From assembly GCA_006226565.1 (NCBI GenBank), contig SBGO01000356.1:748-64747 (forward strand): a stretch of 64,000 bases of DNA. The letters are read 5' to 3'. Below are positions 27,051-36,561 of this stretch, in pieces. A model generated the notes under the pieces. It ran no database searches and had not been told where the DNA came from. It worked only from the letters and a program-made list of their open reading frames with translations. Made by a program: the position numbers and the translations under genes. Origin of the DNA: Deltaproteobacteria bacterium (GTDB lineage Bacteria; Myxococcota_A; UBA9042; PHBI01). Every line of letters starts with the position of its first letter. Position 1 is the stretch's first letter.

Positions 27051-29828
27051 TCACTCGTCCCCGAGGCGCGTTAGTGCAACATCATAGTAGAGCAACAGTT
27101 GCTCATCCTCGTCCAATAGGCGTTGCGGCAATCGACTGGAGATCGTCTTGATGAGCTTGTAGTCACCTCGTTTCATTGCCGCCGAGAACCCGAGGCGAAT
27201 CGCCTCGCTCCTCACCTCTTTGAGCCGCTTGCTCCCCTGCCGATAGGCATCGAATTCACGCAATAACTGCCGGTTCCGAACCTTCTCGATATCCGCTTGA
27301 TTCTCCGGGTTTGGCACGTACCACCGATTCGTCGCGACGCCCTGCAGCCGAGAATCACTCGTCAACACTGCCCCGGTTGCGTCCACTTCACACTGCTCGA
27401 CCAGAGGACGGAGCGCGGAAGACTGGCGCAAATAGCCGGCGATCTGCGCCGCGATCTTCTCGGTGCTGTCGTGGCAGAGGAAGTTCTCTCTCAATAGCTC
27501 AGACAACTCCAGCGGCCGTTCGTACTTTTGCCACTGGCGAATCTCCCGTATGAAGTCGGGCGAAATCTCCTGATACGTCTGCGGTTTGCGCTGCAGCCGA
27601 TCTCGCAGCCATCGGATGGCACTGGCTTCATCGACTATGAATAGTGATTCTTGTCCGCCATACGAGACCTTCATTCTCGCGCGATCGTACTCAAGAACCT
27701 GAGCGGAAAGGAAGTACATCGAGCCGCGACTGGGGTACCGCTGCGCGAGCCGCTGGAGGAATTCGGCACTTGAGAGGTCGACCGGCACGCCAGCACTTAG
27801 TGATGCCGCTACCCAGCGATCGAATAGAATCGGTGCGGTTCGCTCTTGCACGTCGACCAACTCCCCCCCAATCATTTGGACGACAGGCAGTCGTGCCAGA
27901 TGCTCGTTGATGAAGTCCCACACCGCTTCCGGTCGTTGCGCCGCGCTTCGCACCAGCCCGGCGGTCGCCAGAGAGGGCTTGTAGCACGAGATGACCAGGT
28001 CCTGCTTGACCGCGGTGGCCGTTGTTACGGCGCGGTAGCCCTTGTGCTCCTTCTCCAACGCGGCGACGCTGGCGACGATGAATCCTGCACGTTGAATGGC
28101 AACCTGAATCGCGTTCCATACTTTCGCCTTTGTGTTTGAGAACTCAACCGTCATCCAGGCACCGGGCTTGAGTACTCGGAAACACTCCCGAAAGGACTGC
28201 TCCATCAGGTGTTGATAGGACATGAGCGTCTTGCTGCGAGCTCGGTTCTCGACAGCTTCGAGTTCGTGTGCCGTGCTGCATTGCAGCCACGATTCCCAGA
28301 GGACATTCAGCTCGGAATACTGAATGTTCGCCCCGAAAGGCGGATCTGTGAAGATGTAGTCGACTGAGTTAGCGGGGACCGGCACATCCGTCGCCGAGCC
28401 CGTTGTCACAAAGGAGCTGTGGCTGGGCGCCGTGTGCGGCACAGAGGAGATGCGAAGTCGGAATCGTTCTATGAGATTTGTCTCGATGCTCAGCGAACTC
28501 ACATAGAGCGTTCCCTGGAGGGTCTGCCCGATAACGCCGCCGCGTCTCTGGAAGTAATTCGAGGTCAGGAGTCGGTTCAGCCTCGTGCCCCAAGCGTGCG
28601 TGGAGGTGAACCACATGCCCAGCGCGGGAACTACATCAAGTTGCGCCCAAATGAGCTCCCTCAGTTTGGACAGCACGTGGAGATTTCGCCGGGTGTAGAA
28701 GTGATGGACGTGGGTCAAACCCATGGGGTCGTTTCGCCGTGTTTCCCCTCCCTCTGGCATTCGAGCCACTGGATACCACGAGCGAAGTCGCAGGCTCTCG
28801 ACTCGCCGCAGCGTATCAAGATCCCGTGCGTCAGGCATCTTCTCCAGTCGGCCTGGAATGCCATCCACGACGTAGTTGATGAGAACAGGGACTTGCTTTG
28901 CCTGCCGAACTGTCTCGCCGATCCCATCGTCTACGACAGTCTCGAAGACTCGTTCCAGATGTGCCTTGGTTACCGAGACTCCGCACTTGCTGCACGCGAA
29001 CTCGTCCTTCACGCCACCCGCTTCTGCATCCACCGCCACATCCCAAAAGACGATCTCGTGTGCGCATTCCGGGCACGAGAAGACATCGCTCCACAGCACG
29101 TACTGCACCGTTCCATCGCGTCCATCTGTGTGCTTGGTCTGGTACATCCATGAGAATTCTGCCTCCGCCTGGTTCAGAATCCGAGTCGCGCACTCTTCGA
29201 ACTGTAGCCTGTCAGTTGGTGTGGTGAACTTGTGTGCTATGAACGTGGCCGCAGGAGCAAGGTCCCCGAGAATTGCTTTGCGTTCACCCCACTCGATGGG
29301 ACCAAGGCCACTCTCCCGAAACTCGCTCTCAACTTGGAGCTTGAAGTCCGCATCGACCCCTCCGCAGGCCGATGCGGCTACTCCGGTCATGCCGGTTCCT
29401 GCGAACGGATCGAAAACCACGTCGCCAGGAGATGAGTAGTGGAGAAGGAACCTCATGATCGCCTTGTGAGGTACCTTGGTGTGGTAGGAATGAGCGTTGT
29501 AGATTGGGTCGTTCTTGCCCTCTTTCACGTCGGCAACTAGGGGGGCGACGTGTTTAGGGGCAGCCTTGGTGTAGATCGTCGCCGAGGGAAGGAATGGGTT
29601 GGGGCACGCGGTGAAGTACGGCGGATCCGATAGCTGGAGAATTGCTACATCAGTTGCGACTGGGAACCCGGGGGTCTTACGGAACTCCGGGTCCTGGAGC
29701 TTCTCTCGGAGCTGGTTGAGGAAGTGCGCTCGACGCGCGTCATCGTTCTCAAAGGTCATCCCGAGGCACTCGACGGGGCCGTCGTACGCTTGAGGTTTCG
29801 CAAAGCCAAGATCCTGCTGATTACTCAT
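27051..29828 (-). CDS. pglXI: N6-adenine DNA methyltransferase, PglXI-like (beta-class order: DPPY then DPFAGTGMTG; second DPPF motif downstream)
   Basis: MTase motifs IV and I read in translation; 925 aa; lower GC3. Confidence 0.8.
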   Translation of the reverse strand: MSNQQDLGFAKPQAYDGPVECLGMTFENDDARRAHFLNQLREKLQDPEFRKTPGFPVATDVAILQLSDPPYFTACPNPFLPSATIYTKAAPKHVAPLVADVKEGKNDPIYNAHSYHTKVPHKAIMRFLLHYSSPGDVVFDPFAGTGMTGVAASACGGVDADFKLQVESEFRESGLGPIEWGERKAILGDLAPAATFIAHKFTTPTDRLQFEECATRILNQAEAEFSWMYQTKHTDGRDGTVQYVLWSDVFSCPECAHEIVFWDVAVDAEAGGVKDEFACSKCGVSVTKAHLERVFETVVDDGIGETVRQAKQVPVLINYVVDGIPGRLEKMPDARDLDTLRRVESLRLRSWYPVARMPEGGETRRNDPMGLTHVHHFYTRRNLHVLSKLRELIWAQLDVVPALGMWFTSTHAWGTRLNRLLTSNYFQRRGGVIGQTLQGTLYVSSLSIETNLIERFRLRISSVPHTAPSHSSFVTTGSATDVPVPANSVDYIFTDPPFGANIQYSELNVLWESWLQCSTAHELEAVENRARSKTLMSYQHLMEQSFRECFRVLKPGAWMTVEFSNTKAKVWNAIQVAIQRAGFIVASVAALEKEHKGYRAVTTATAVKQDLVISCYKPSLATAGLVRSAAQRPEAVWDFINEHLARLPVVQMIGGELVDVQERTAPILFDRWVAASLSAGVPVDLSSAEFLQRLAQRYPSRGSMYFLSAQVLEYDRARMKVSYGGQESLFIVDEASAIRWLRDRLQRKPQTYQEISPDFIREIRQWQKYERPLELSELLRENFLCHDSTEKIAAQIAGYLRQSSALRPLVEQCEVDATGAVLTSDSRLQGVATNRWYVPNPENQADIEKVRNRQLLREFDAYRQGSKRLKEVRSEAIRLGFSAAMKRGDYKLIKTISSRLPQRLLDEDEQLLLYYDVALTRLGDE

Positions 29829-30138
29829 CCCAGATTCGCTCCTAGGTGCTGCACGAGGCGGCGGTCCTTTCAGCCTACTCGACGCGATAGCGGGCGAGCA
29901 CTTCGACCGTCTTGAGGGACGCCGTCACGTGCTCTGATATCGTCCGCCCGACAGGCGAACCGTGCGGTGACGTGCGTAGCCATTCTTGTCAGCGTTGTCG
30001 TAGTACATGAGAAGCTTCTCGTCTTCTTGGGTGCACATTGTCGGGGAGCTTCTCGGCGCCCTTGACGAACGTACCGTCGTCACGTTCCTGCCAGCATGCC
30101 TTTGAAGCCCGCCCGCGCCAGTAGTTCCGGCTGACTAC

Positions 30139-32067
30139 TCATCCCGACTTCTCCCGTAGGTGCGGCGCGAGGCGGTAGTTCGACTCATCGTGATCGATCA
30201 GGACTTGAAGCAGAAGGTAGTCGATCGCCCTGACTAGAGTCTCGAGGTCGAGACCCGTCTGTGACTCAAGGGCCGAGAGGGTAGCATTAGGGGTATTGGC
30301 GACCGCATTCAGCACAGCGGCCTGCTGCTGGGTCAGATGCACTCCTACCCGCGACTTCCATGCACTATCGACGTCGAGTGCGCCTTCCGACCAGTCTAGT
30401 GTTAGTGTGAAGGTGTTCGCGTCCTTGTCGCTCTCAAATACTGGTGACCGTCGCTTGGCCTGCTGGCAGGCGCGGTGGACGGCCCGGATTCCAGAACCCG
30501 ATATCTCGGCAAAGCCGAGCAAACGCAGCGCGCGTGCGATCAGCGGGTTGCGCGATTGGGTCTTGCCTCCGTCGAGCAGCCTATCGGTGGCTACAAGCGA
30601 GTAGCCCATGTTCGAGACGACCATCTTCGTCGCGTGAATCTCGATGTGACCGGCAGCCCTCGTGTCCTGATAGTCTTGGTGCACGGTCTGGTTCACGAAG
30701 ATCTCGCGAAGCGTGAGGTAGTCGAGCGAACCTTCGGTCTTGCGAAGGTCCTCAGGCACCACCTCGCGCATTCCGGTCTGCTCCGCGAAGAATCTCACGG
30801 CACGCTTGAGCGCCTCGAGGATGTTCGCGGATTCGACGATATCTCGCCTCGACGGCCGCATCGTATCGGGGTCAATGACGCGCAGGTCGAGCACGTCCCG
30901 CTGAAGCTCGGATCGAACCGTCGACGGGCGGCCGAAGAGTAGCCTGAGCTGGCGCCGCTCGTCGGGCTCGACGTGACGCCGTCCGTCAAGAAGACGATTG
31001 CCTATCGTCGCATGGGCGTCGGTTGTCCCCGGCTCGAGGAGTCCAGCGAACCACTTGACAGTCGTTGGCTCGAAGGCTTGCCAGTCTACGAGTCCGTCAT
31101 GGCGGCGCCCGCTCTCTTCGATGTGCTCTCGGATGGTCGCCCATTCGCTGGCGAGGTGTCGGCCGTCGATGAGGATGACTGTGTCGGGTACCCGCCGAGC
31201 CCCCGCGAGGAGTTGCCGCGTCGACTCCGCTATGCCGTCGCTCCGGCGCTGCTCACTTCCGTCGAGCGTGCAATAGCGGACCCTCGGTCCGTCAACTGCA
31301 TCAAGGAAGAGCAGCGCGAAGTTCTGCCTGTCTTGATCAATCCCCCAGATCAGCCAGGGGGGAAGCTGAAGGCAACTCTTGTTGACCGCGATGTACGGCG
31401 TGCCGGTCTCCCCGACTCCGCCCGTCTGGTGTTCGACCTTGATGGATTCGGGTGCTGGGTCCGACGACTCACCCATTAGGAGCAGACGACGGACCACGAG
31501 AGCCTCGCGAGTCCACTGCTGGTCTTCGACCACGAAGAGCGGCTTCGAAAGGACTGCTTCGACGCCATCGAGCGCTTCAACGAGGAGCGTCGCAGGGGCC
31601 CTTGTGGCCTCGATCGCGGCGGCCTTGGCCTCATCGAGGTTCCGAAGCTCGTGCCCCAGATCGTTGCGAAGTTCGAGCAGCGAGACCAGCGCGCTATCCG
31701 TCTTGCCTCGCAACGTCTCCTTGTTCCGTTTCGTCACCTTGAAGCCCTGGGCGAGCAAGGGCGCGACGGGATGGTCCCCCTTGGCGCCTGCCACTTCTTG
31801 CACAATCGTCAGGAAGTGGCCGAAGGAGAGGTTGCCGCTTACCTCACTGAGCTTGGCCTCCGTCTCGTCGGCTCGCGACGCAAAGGAAGCCATAGCCACG
31901 GCCGCCAGGTATCGGGTGAGGACCTCGGCGGCCTTGAGACAAGCGTTGACGCGTTCGGCGGCTGTCCGCGCACGCAGGACTCGGCCGCACGCGATCGCTA
32001 CTGGCGTCGGGTAGATGAGGCTGCCACGGCGCAGCGGCCACTGTTCGGCTCCGGACTCTGTCATCAT
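30139..32067 (-). CDS. HATPase_c_4/RecG-C-terminal-like protein (NPLIARALRLLGFAEISGSGIRAV) with C-terminal wHTH and N-terminal region carrying HEPN-like RNDLGHE motif
   Basis: Start MMTESGAEQW overlapping brxC stop (TGATG); domain motifs in translation. Confidence 0.65.
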   Translation of the reverse strand: MMTESGAEQWPLRRGSLIYPTPVAIACGRVLRARTAAERVNACLKAAEVLTRYLAAVAMASFASRADETEAKLSEVSGNLSFGHFLTIVQEVAGAKGDHPVAPLLAQGFKVTKRNKETLRGKTDSALVSLLELRNDLGHELRNLDEAKAAAIEATRAPATLLVEALDGVEAVLSKPLFVVEDQQWTREALVVRRLLLMGESSDPAPESIKVEHQTGGVGETGTPYIAVNKSCLQLPPWLIWGIDQDRQNFALLFLDAVDGPRVRYCTLDGSEQRRSDGIAESTRQLLAGARRVPDTVILIDGRHLASEWATIREHIEESGRRHDGLVDWQAFEPTTVKWFAGLLEPGTTDAHATIGNRLLDGRRHVEPDERRQLRLLFGRPSTVRSELQRDVLDLRVIDPDTMRPSRRDIVESANILEALKRAVRFFAEQTGMREVVPEDLRKTEGSLDYLTLREIFVNQTVHQDYQDTRAAGHIEIHATKMVVSNMGYSLVATDRLLDGGKTQSRNPLIARALRLLGFAEISGSGIRAVHRACQQAKRRSPVFESDKDANTFTLTLDWSEGALDVDSAWKSRVGVHLTQQQAAVLNAVANTPNATLSALESQTGLDLETLVRAIDYLLLQVLIDHDESNYRLAPHLREKSG

Positions 32068-35000
32068 CAGCGCTCCACGACGACGCGCACGCGGTTGGCG
32101 TCCTTGCCCTTGGTCAGGTCGGCGACGAAGGCAGCGAAGCGCTCTCTTAGTTCGTCGACCGTACAAGGGACGCCACCGTCCGTGAGCGCGGAGCGGAGCC
32201 GCGCTTCGGTCAACACGACCTTCTCGAGCCCGCTCAGGATCTCCTGAATGGCCTTCACGAAGGCAGGGCTCACCGGGTCGGGCAGGCTGTTGCTCTTGAG
32301 GAAAGCCTCGACGGCGTCACGACCTTCACCGGCGCCGACGAGATTGATGTTGCCGGACACCGTCGGGTCCTGGAGGTTTGCGAGCAGCGTATTCGTCCAA
32401 TTCTGCACCAGGTCGTCGAGCTCGGCGTCGAGCTGACCGATCCGGTCCCCCGCCTTCGTTCCCCCACGCATCGGATCGGCAGGCTCCTCGACGGGGCGGA
32501 ACGTGCAGTGCGGACAGATGGGATCGGCGTCGAGGTCTTGCTTCGTGAGGGCGAAACACGTCTTCAAGCCGAAGAGCGCGTTCTGGAGGTCGCGCAGCTG
32601 CTGGGTTGGCATCATCTCAACGGTCGAGAGTAGCTGGAGTTGCTTGAGACGAGGATCCTGCCCGAGACGTGCTTTGCGCTGGTCGTCGGTCGCTCCTAGG
32701 CGCGCCTGCGCGTGGCTCTTGAGGTAGGCGTCCTGGTAGGCCGTCTTGAGCTCAGCCAGCGCCTGCCCGAGGGCACGCTGGAAACTCGAATCGGCGCGGT
32801 GCTTCGGGCTCGTGATCTTGGCCATCAGCTCGCCGCGTCGCTCCCGCATCTGGTCCACCCAGGGGTGGCCAGCCTCGAGCACGGCCTCTGCCTTACCCAG
32901 GTAGGATGTCGTTGGCCCGACTTGCTGTACGAGCTCTCCCAGCTCCTCGACCTCGCGCACCTGCGCGAGCCCATGCCGCTGTGCTTGGATGGCGGCAACG
33001 TCGTGCGGGAAGCTCTTCAGCTTTCCGGCCGTGTTGAACGCCTGGAGCGACTCCAGGAAGCGCTTCAGATCGCCGAGGCGCTGCCGCCACTCGGTCTGCT
33101 CCTGCTCCGAGAGGATGGGCTTGCCCCACAGCACCATGTCGGCGACGTGGGCGTGGGCGAGCACCGTCTTGTTGACCAGCTCGGCGACCTTGCCCTGGAG
33201 CTGGGTCACCGCGTCGTCGCGCTTGGCCGGGTTGACGATCAGCCCCTTGGGCACGCCGAGCAGGTCGAAGAGCTCCTGCAGCGCACCGAGCGGTAGGTCG
33301 CGCGGGCGCTCGATGTGCTTGAACTGCGCGACGTCGTTCACCGAGAGCTTCGCGAACTGGTCGATGGCCCCAGCGTCGATCTTCTTCCCAGTGATGCTCA
33401 TGACCACGTCGCCGCTGTGGACGAGCCCGGCCAGGACCACGGCGAGGAACTCCGGCTCGAGCCGGAAGCGGCTCCAGTAGTCGACCCCGGCCTGCTCCTG
33501 AACCAGCTCGGAGCGGTTGAGCACCTGGCCTTCGCCCTTGGCGCCGAGCTGCTCGATGATGTGCTTCGCGTAGCGAGACTCGCGCGGTCGAAGCTGGTCG
33601 CCGTCGAGCATCTCGAGCGCGTCGAGAACAGCGGCGCCGAGCTTGCTCTTCACGCTCCCGGCGATCCACCGCAGGGCATCCTGCGCCGCCTGCCCGCGGT
33701 TCGCTCGGGTGATGGGCGTGTCGAAGATCGGATAGCCGGGCGCGGTGTCGGTGAAGTGGGTGGACAACGACACCGCCGCCGCGACGTCGACGTAGTCCCG
33801 AACGCCGCCGCGCGATGGGGCGCGAGCGAAGAGTGTCTGGAGCGCCTCGCCCAGGCTTCGGGCCTTGCCCTGGTACGTGACCTCGTAGACGGTGGTCAGC
33901 TTCTCCTGCAGCCAGCGGGTCATGGTCCGCAGGTGCTCGAGCGCCTTGTCGTCGTAGACCTTCTTGTTGCTGCCTGACGCGGTGGCCGACAGCTCGCGCG
34001 CCCCGGCGTAGAGCTTGAGCGCGCGGTCGAACTCCTCGTCCCGGTGCGTCAGCCGGAAGAAGACCTCGTCGGGCTTGCGCTCGTCCTTGAAGTACGGCGC
34101 TTCGAACGGCTGGATGAAGTAGATGTAGAAGTCGCGGGGCGGCTGGGCGGTGGAGCGCTCGTTGGGGGCGCCGAAGAAGAGATAGCCACTGCGGCCCGCC
34201 TTGCGCTCGCGCCACTCCAGCTCGTGCTCCCAGATGCGGTAGCCGGAGACGTAGGGCGGCGCCTCTGGGTCTTCGAGCACGACGCGGCGCAGACCGTCGA
34301 AGTAGTAGCGATCGAGTTGGGAGTCGCTCAGCGACTCCGCGCGCTTCTCGATGAGCGAGTCGAAGTCGATGTCCTTCTTGAGGTCGAGGTAGTACTGGCC
34401 GTTCTCGCGATTGTAGGAAAGGAACTGCCCGCTGACCGTCTTCACGATCTCGCGGAGCACGGTCTCGACGACGGTCTTGAGGAACTCTGCGTCGCGTTCC
34501 GGTAGCGGCAGGAGCACGCATAGGTCGTCGCGGAGCTCCTCGGCGGTCGCGCCAATGGGGGCGAAGATGTCGCTGGTCGTCAGCCGGTGTACCGAGAGCG
34601 CATGGATGATGCGTAGCGCGGCTGGGCGGTACTGCGGCCGCGTGAACGCCTGCTGGATGCGCGCTTCGACGACATCGGCTTTCTCGATGACATCGCGGAT
34701 CTCCGGGACCGAGCGGAACGACGGGTTGTCCTTCAGGCTCAGCCAGTACGAGTCGTAGGCGATGAGGCCAGGCTCGTTGGCGGGTACGGCCTCCGTGAGC
34801 ATCCGGCGGATGGCCGCGCTCAACGTCTTGAGCACCTCGCGCTTCTCTGCGACGTACACCCGCTCGAAGGTGTCGAGGTAGGCCGGGTGCACCGGGAAGA
34901 GGCGGACGAATTCGTCCATCCGCTCGTTCATCGACCCGTAGAGCGGCGCGAACTGGGTCAGATGCTCGCGCACCAGCGCCTGCTGTCTCGCGTCCTTCTT

Positions 35001-35777
35001 GAGAAGCCGCTCGGCGACGACGTGAGCCACATCCTCGCGAGCGATGCGCATCTGCTCGAAGCGGTCCCTGACGCGTCGGAGGCTGTCCGCAGCGAACTGG
35101 AAGCGCGGGTTGTCGAAGAGGCTCTCCTGGACGCCTGCGATGAAGCGGAAGCGCGAGCCTTTGGCGAACTCTCCGACCGCTCGCAGGAAGTTCAGGTTGC
35201 GCATCAGCTCCTGCTCTCGGTTGGAGCGGAGGTAGTCGAGCAGCTCGTCGAGGACGAAGAGGAGCCCCTTGTCGGGGAACTTCGCCGTGAACGCCGCCAT
35301 CATGGAAGCGAACACGTCCTTGTGGTTCCTGACCTGGTCCTCGGGTGGAACGTCGAAGCGCACGCCATGTTCCGACAGGTGGTCCTGGAGCGTCTCCATG
35401 ACGAACTGGCGAAGCGGCATCGCCGAGTTGATTTCCGCGCGGATGACGAAGAAGCGCCCGGCGACGAGCGATGCCTTGTCCGCCACCTTGGGGTTTGTGA
35501 GCGCGTTCGCGAGGTCGGCGTGCTCCGCGATGGCGGAGATGACCGCCATGAGGTGCGACTTGCCGGTGCCGTAGTTGCCGACGACGAGAAGGCCCTTGTT
35601 GTCGGCCGGGGTCTCGAACTGAAGTTGCGGGAGCACGAGGTCTGCGAGCTGCTCGCCCATCCGGTCGGAGATGACGAAGGTCTCGACGAGACGACGAGCG
35701 CTTGCCGCGCGGTCGGCTTCGCGGAGCTGAACGACGGTCTCGATGGGGTCGAACTGAATGAGGTCCGCGTACTTCAT
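32067..35777 (-). CDS. brxC: BREX BrxC/PglY large P-loop ATPase
   Basis: N-terminal BrxC-like region with GNYGTGKSHLMAVISAI Walker A; 1236 aa; ATGA overlap with brxF. Confidence 0.85.
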   Translation of the reverse strand: MKYADLIQFDPIETVVQLREADRAASARRLVETFVISDRMGEQLADLVLPQLQFETPADNKGLLVVGNYGTGKSHLMAVISAIAEHADLANALTNPKVADKASLVAGRFFVIRAEINSAMPLRQFVMETLQDHLSEHGVRFDVPPEDQVRNHKDVFASMMAAFTAKFPDKGLLFVLDELLDYLRSNREQELMRNLNFLRAVGEFAKGSRFRFIAGVQESLFDNPRFQFAADSLRRVRDRFEQMRIAREDVAHVVAERLLKKDARQQALVREHLTQFAPLYGSMNERMDEFVRLFPVHPAYLDTFERVYVAEKREVLKTLSAAIRRMLTEAVPANEPGLIAYDSYWLSLKDNPSFRSVPEIRDVIEKADVVEARIQQAFTRPQYRPAALRIIHALSVHRLTTSDIFAPIGATAEELRDDLCVLLPLPERDAEFLKTVVETVLREIVKTVSGQFLSYNRENGQYYLDLKKDIDFDSLIEKRAESLSDSQLDRYYFDGLRRVVLEDPEAPPYVSGYRIWEHELEWRERKAGRSGYLFFGAPNERSTAQPPRDFYIYFIQPFEAPYFKDERKPDEVFFRLTHRDEEFDRALKLYAGARELSATASGSNKKVYDDKALEHLRTMTRWLQEKLTTVYEVTYQGKARSLGEALQTLFARAPSRGGVRDYVDVAAAVSLSTHFTDTAPGYPIFDTPITRANRGQAAQDALRWIAGSVKSKLGAAVLDALEMLDGDQLRPRESRYAKHIIEQLGAKGEGQVLNRSELVQEQAGVDYWSRFRLEPEFLAVVLAGLVHSGDVVMSITGKKIDAGAIDQFAKLSVNDVAQFKHIERPRDLPLGALQELFDLLGVPKGLIVNPAKRDDAVTQLQGKVAELVNKTVLAHAHVADMVLWGKPILSEQEQTEWRQRLGDLKRFLESLQAFNTAGKLKSFPHDVAAIQAQRHGLAQVREVEELGELVQQVGPTTSYLGKAEAVLEAGHPWVDQMRERRGELMAKITSPKHRADSSFQRALGQALAELKTAYQDAYLKSHAQARLGATDDQRKARLGQDPRLKQLQLLSTVEMMPTQQLRDLQNALFGLKTCFALTKQDLDADPICPHCTFRPVEEPADPMRGGTKAGDRIGQLDAELDDLVQNWTNTLLANLQDPTVSGNINLVGAGEGRDAVEAFLKSNSLPDPVSPAFVKAIQEILSGLEKVVLTEARLRSALTDGGVPCTVDELRERFAAFVADLTKGKDANRVRVVVER

Positions 35778-36286
35778 GCCGAGTGCTCCTGGGTCGCCGT
35801 CGTCCCGCTGTTGCCGGGGGGGCCGCTGGAAACGACGAGCGCCTGAGGTTGGTCGTAGCGTCGGAATTCGGGATGGTCGGGAGCCGCGTACGTCAGCAAC
35901 GAGCCCATGTATGCACCGCGCCACGCTGTCACGATGGTGCGGTTGCGCGAGAGGCTCTGAAGGAGGCGTAGCGGATCCTGCTTCAGGTCGGGGTGAAAGA
36001 GCATCTCGATGTTGTCGAGGAGGACGGTGTCGCCGGCCTGTTCCTGGACGATGTCATCGACGAGCCTCGCGACCCGAAGCGCACGCTGCTTCACTGTGAG
36101 CTCGAGCAACCGCTCCGAGAGCGCGAGGTTGATATTCACGAGCGGCCAGCTGTTCGCGCTGTGCAAGTCGCGGAACGCGCTGGTCTTTCCAGAGCGTGGT
36201 GGACCGGCGACGATGACGAGCCGATGGTAGAGCTGACTCGCCTTCTCGACTTGCTCAGCGACTAGGTGTGAAAGCGGCGGCGCCAT
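35774..36286 (-). CDS. brxF: Small P-loop ATPase, BrxF-like
   Basis: Start MAPPLSHLV with AGGAGG RBS; Walker A AGPPRSGKTS. Confidence 0.65.
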   Translation of the reverse strand: MAPPLSHLVAEQVEKASQLYHRLVIVAGPPRSGKTSAFRDLHSANSWPLVNINLALSERLLELTVKQRALRVARLVDDIVQEQAGDTVLLDNIEMLFHPDLKQDPLRLLQSLSRNRTIVTAWRGAYMGSLLTYAAPDHPEFRRYDQPQALVVSSGPPGNSGTTATQEHSA

Positions 36287-36561
36287 GCAGCCTCCTGGTG
36301 TGCCCTGACAGAGGGCGAGATCGCTGCTGGGCGGGGATACGGCGCGGGTTCGCGCCATCGCCGCGACACGTCGTCCGGCTGTCGCATGGGCTCAGGTGGT
36401 GTCCTCACATCTCGCTGTCCACAATCCATCGCAGGCCGTTCTCCGACGCTGGCGACCGTTAGTCTCTATCAATCTGTACCGGCTCACTGTCAACCGAGCC
36501 CGTGAACTGTTCCGGGTCCTTCGAAGACTCTGAGCGTTGGCATGGCTCTGACCATGCGAAC

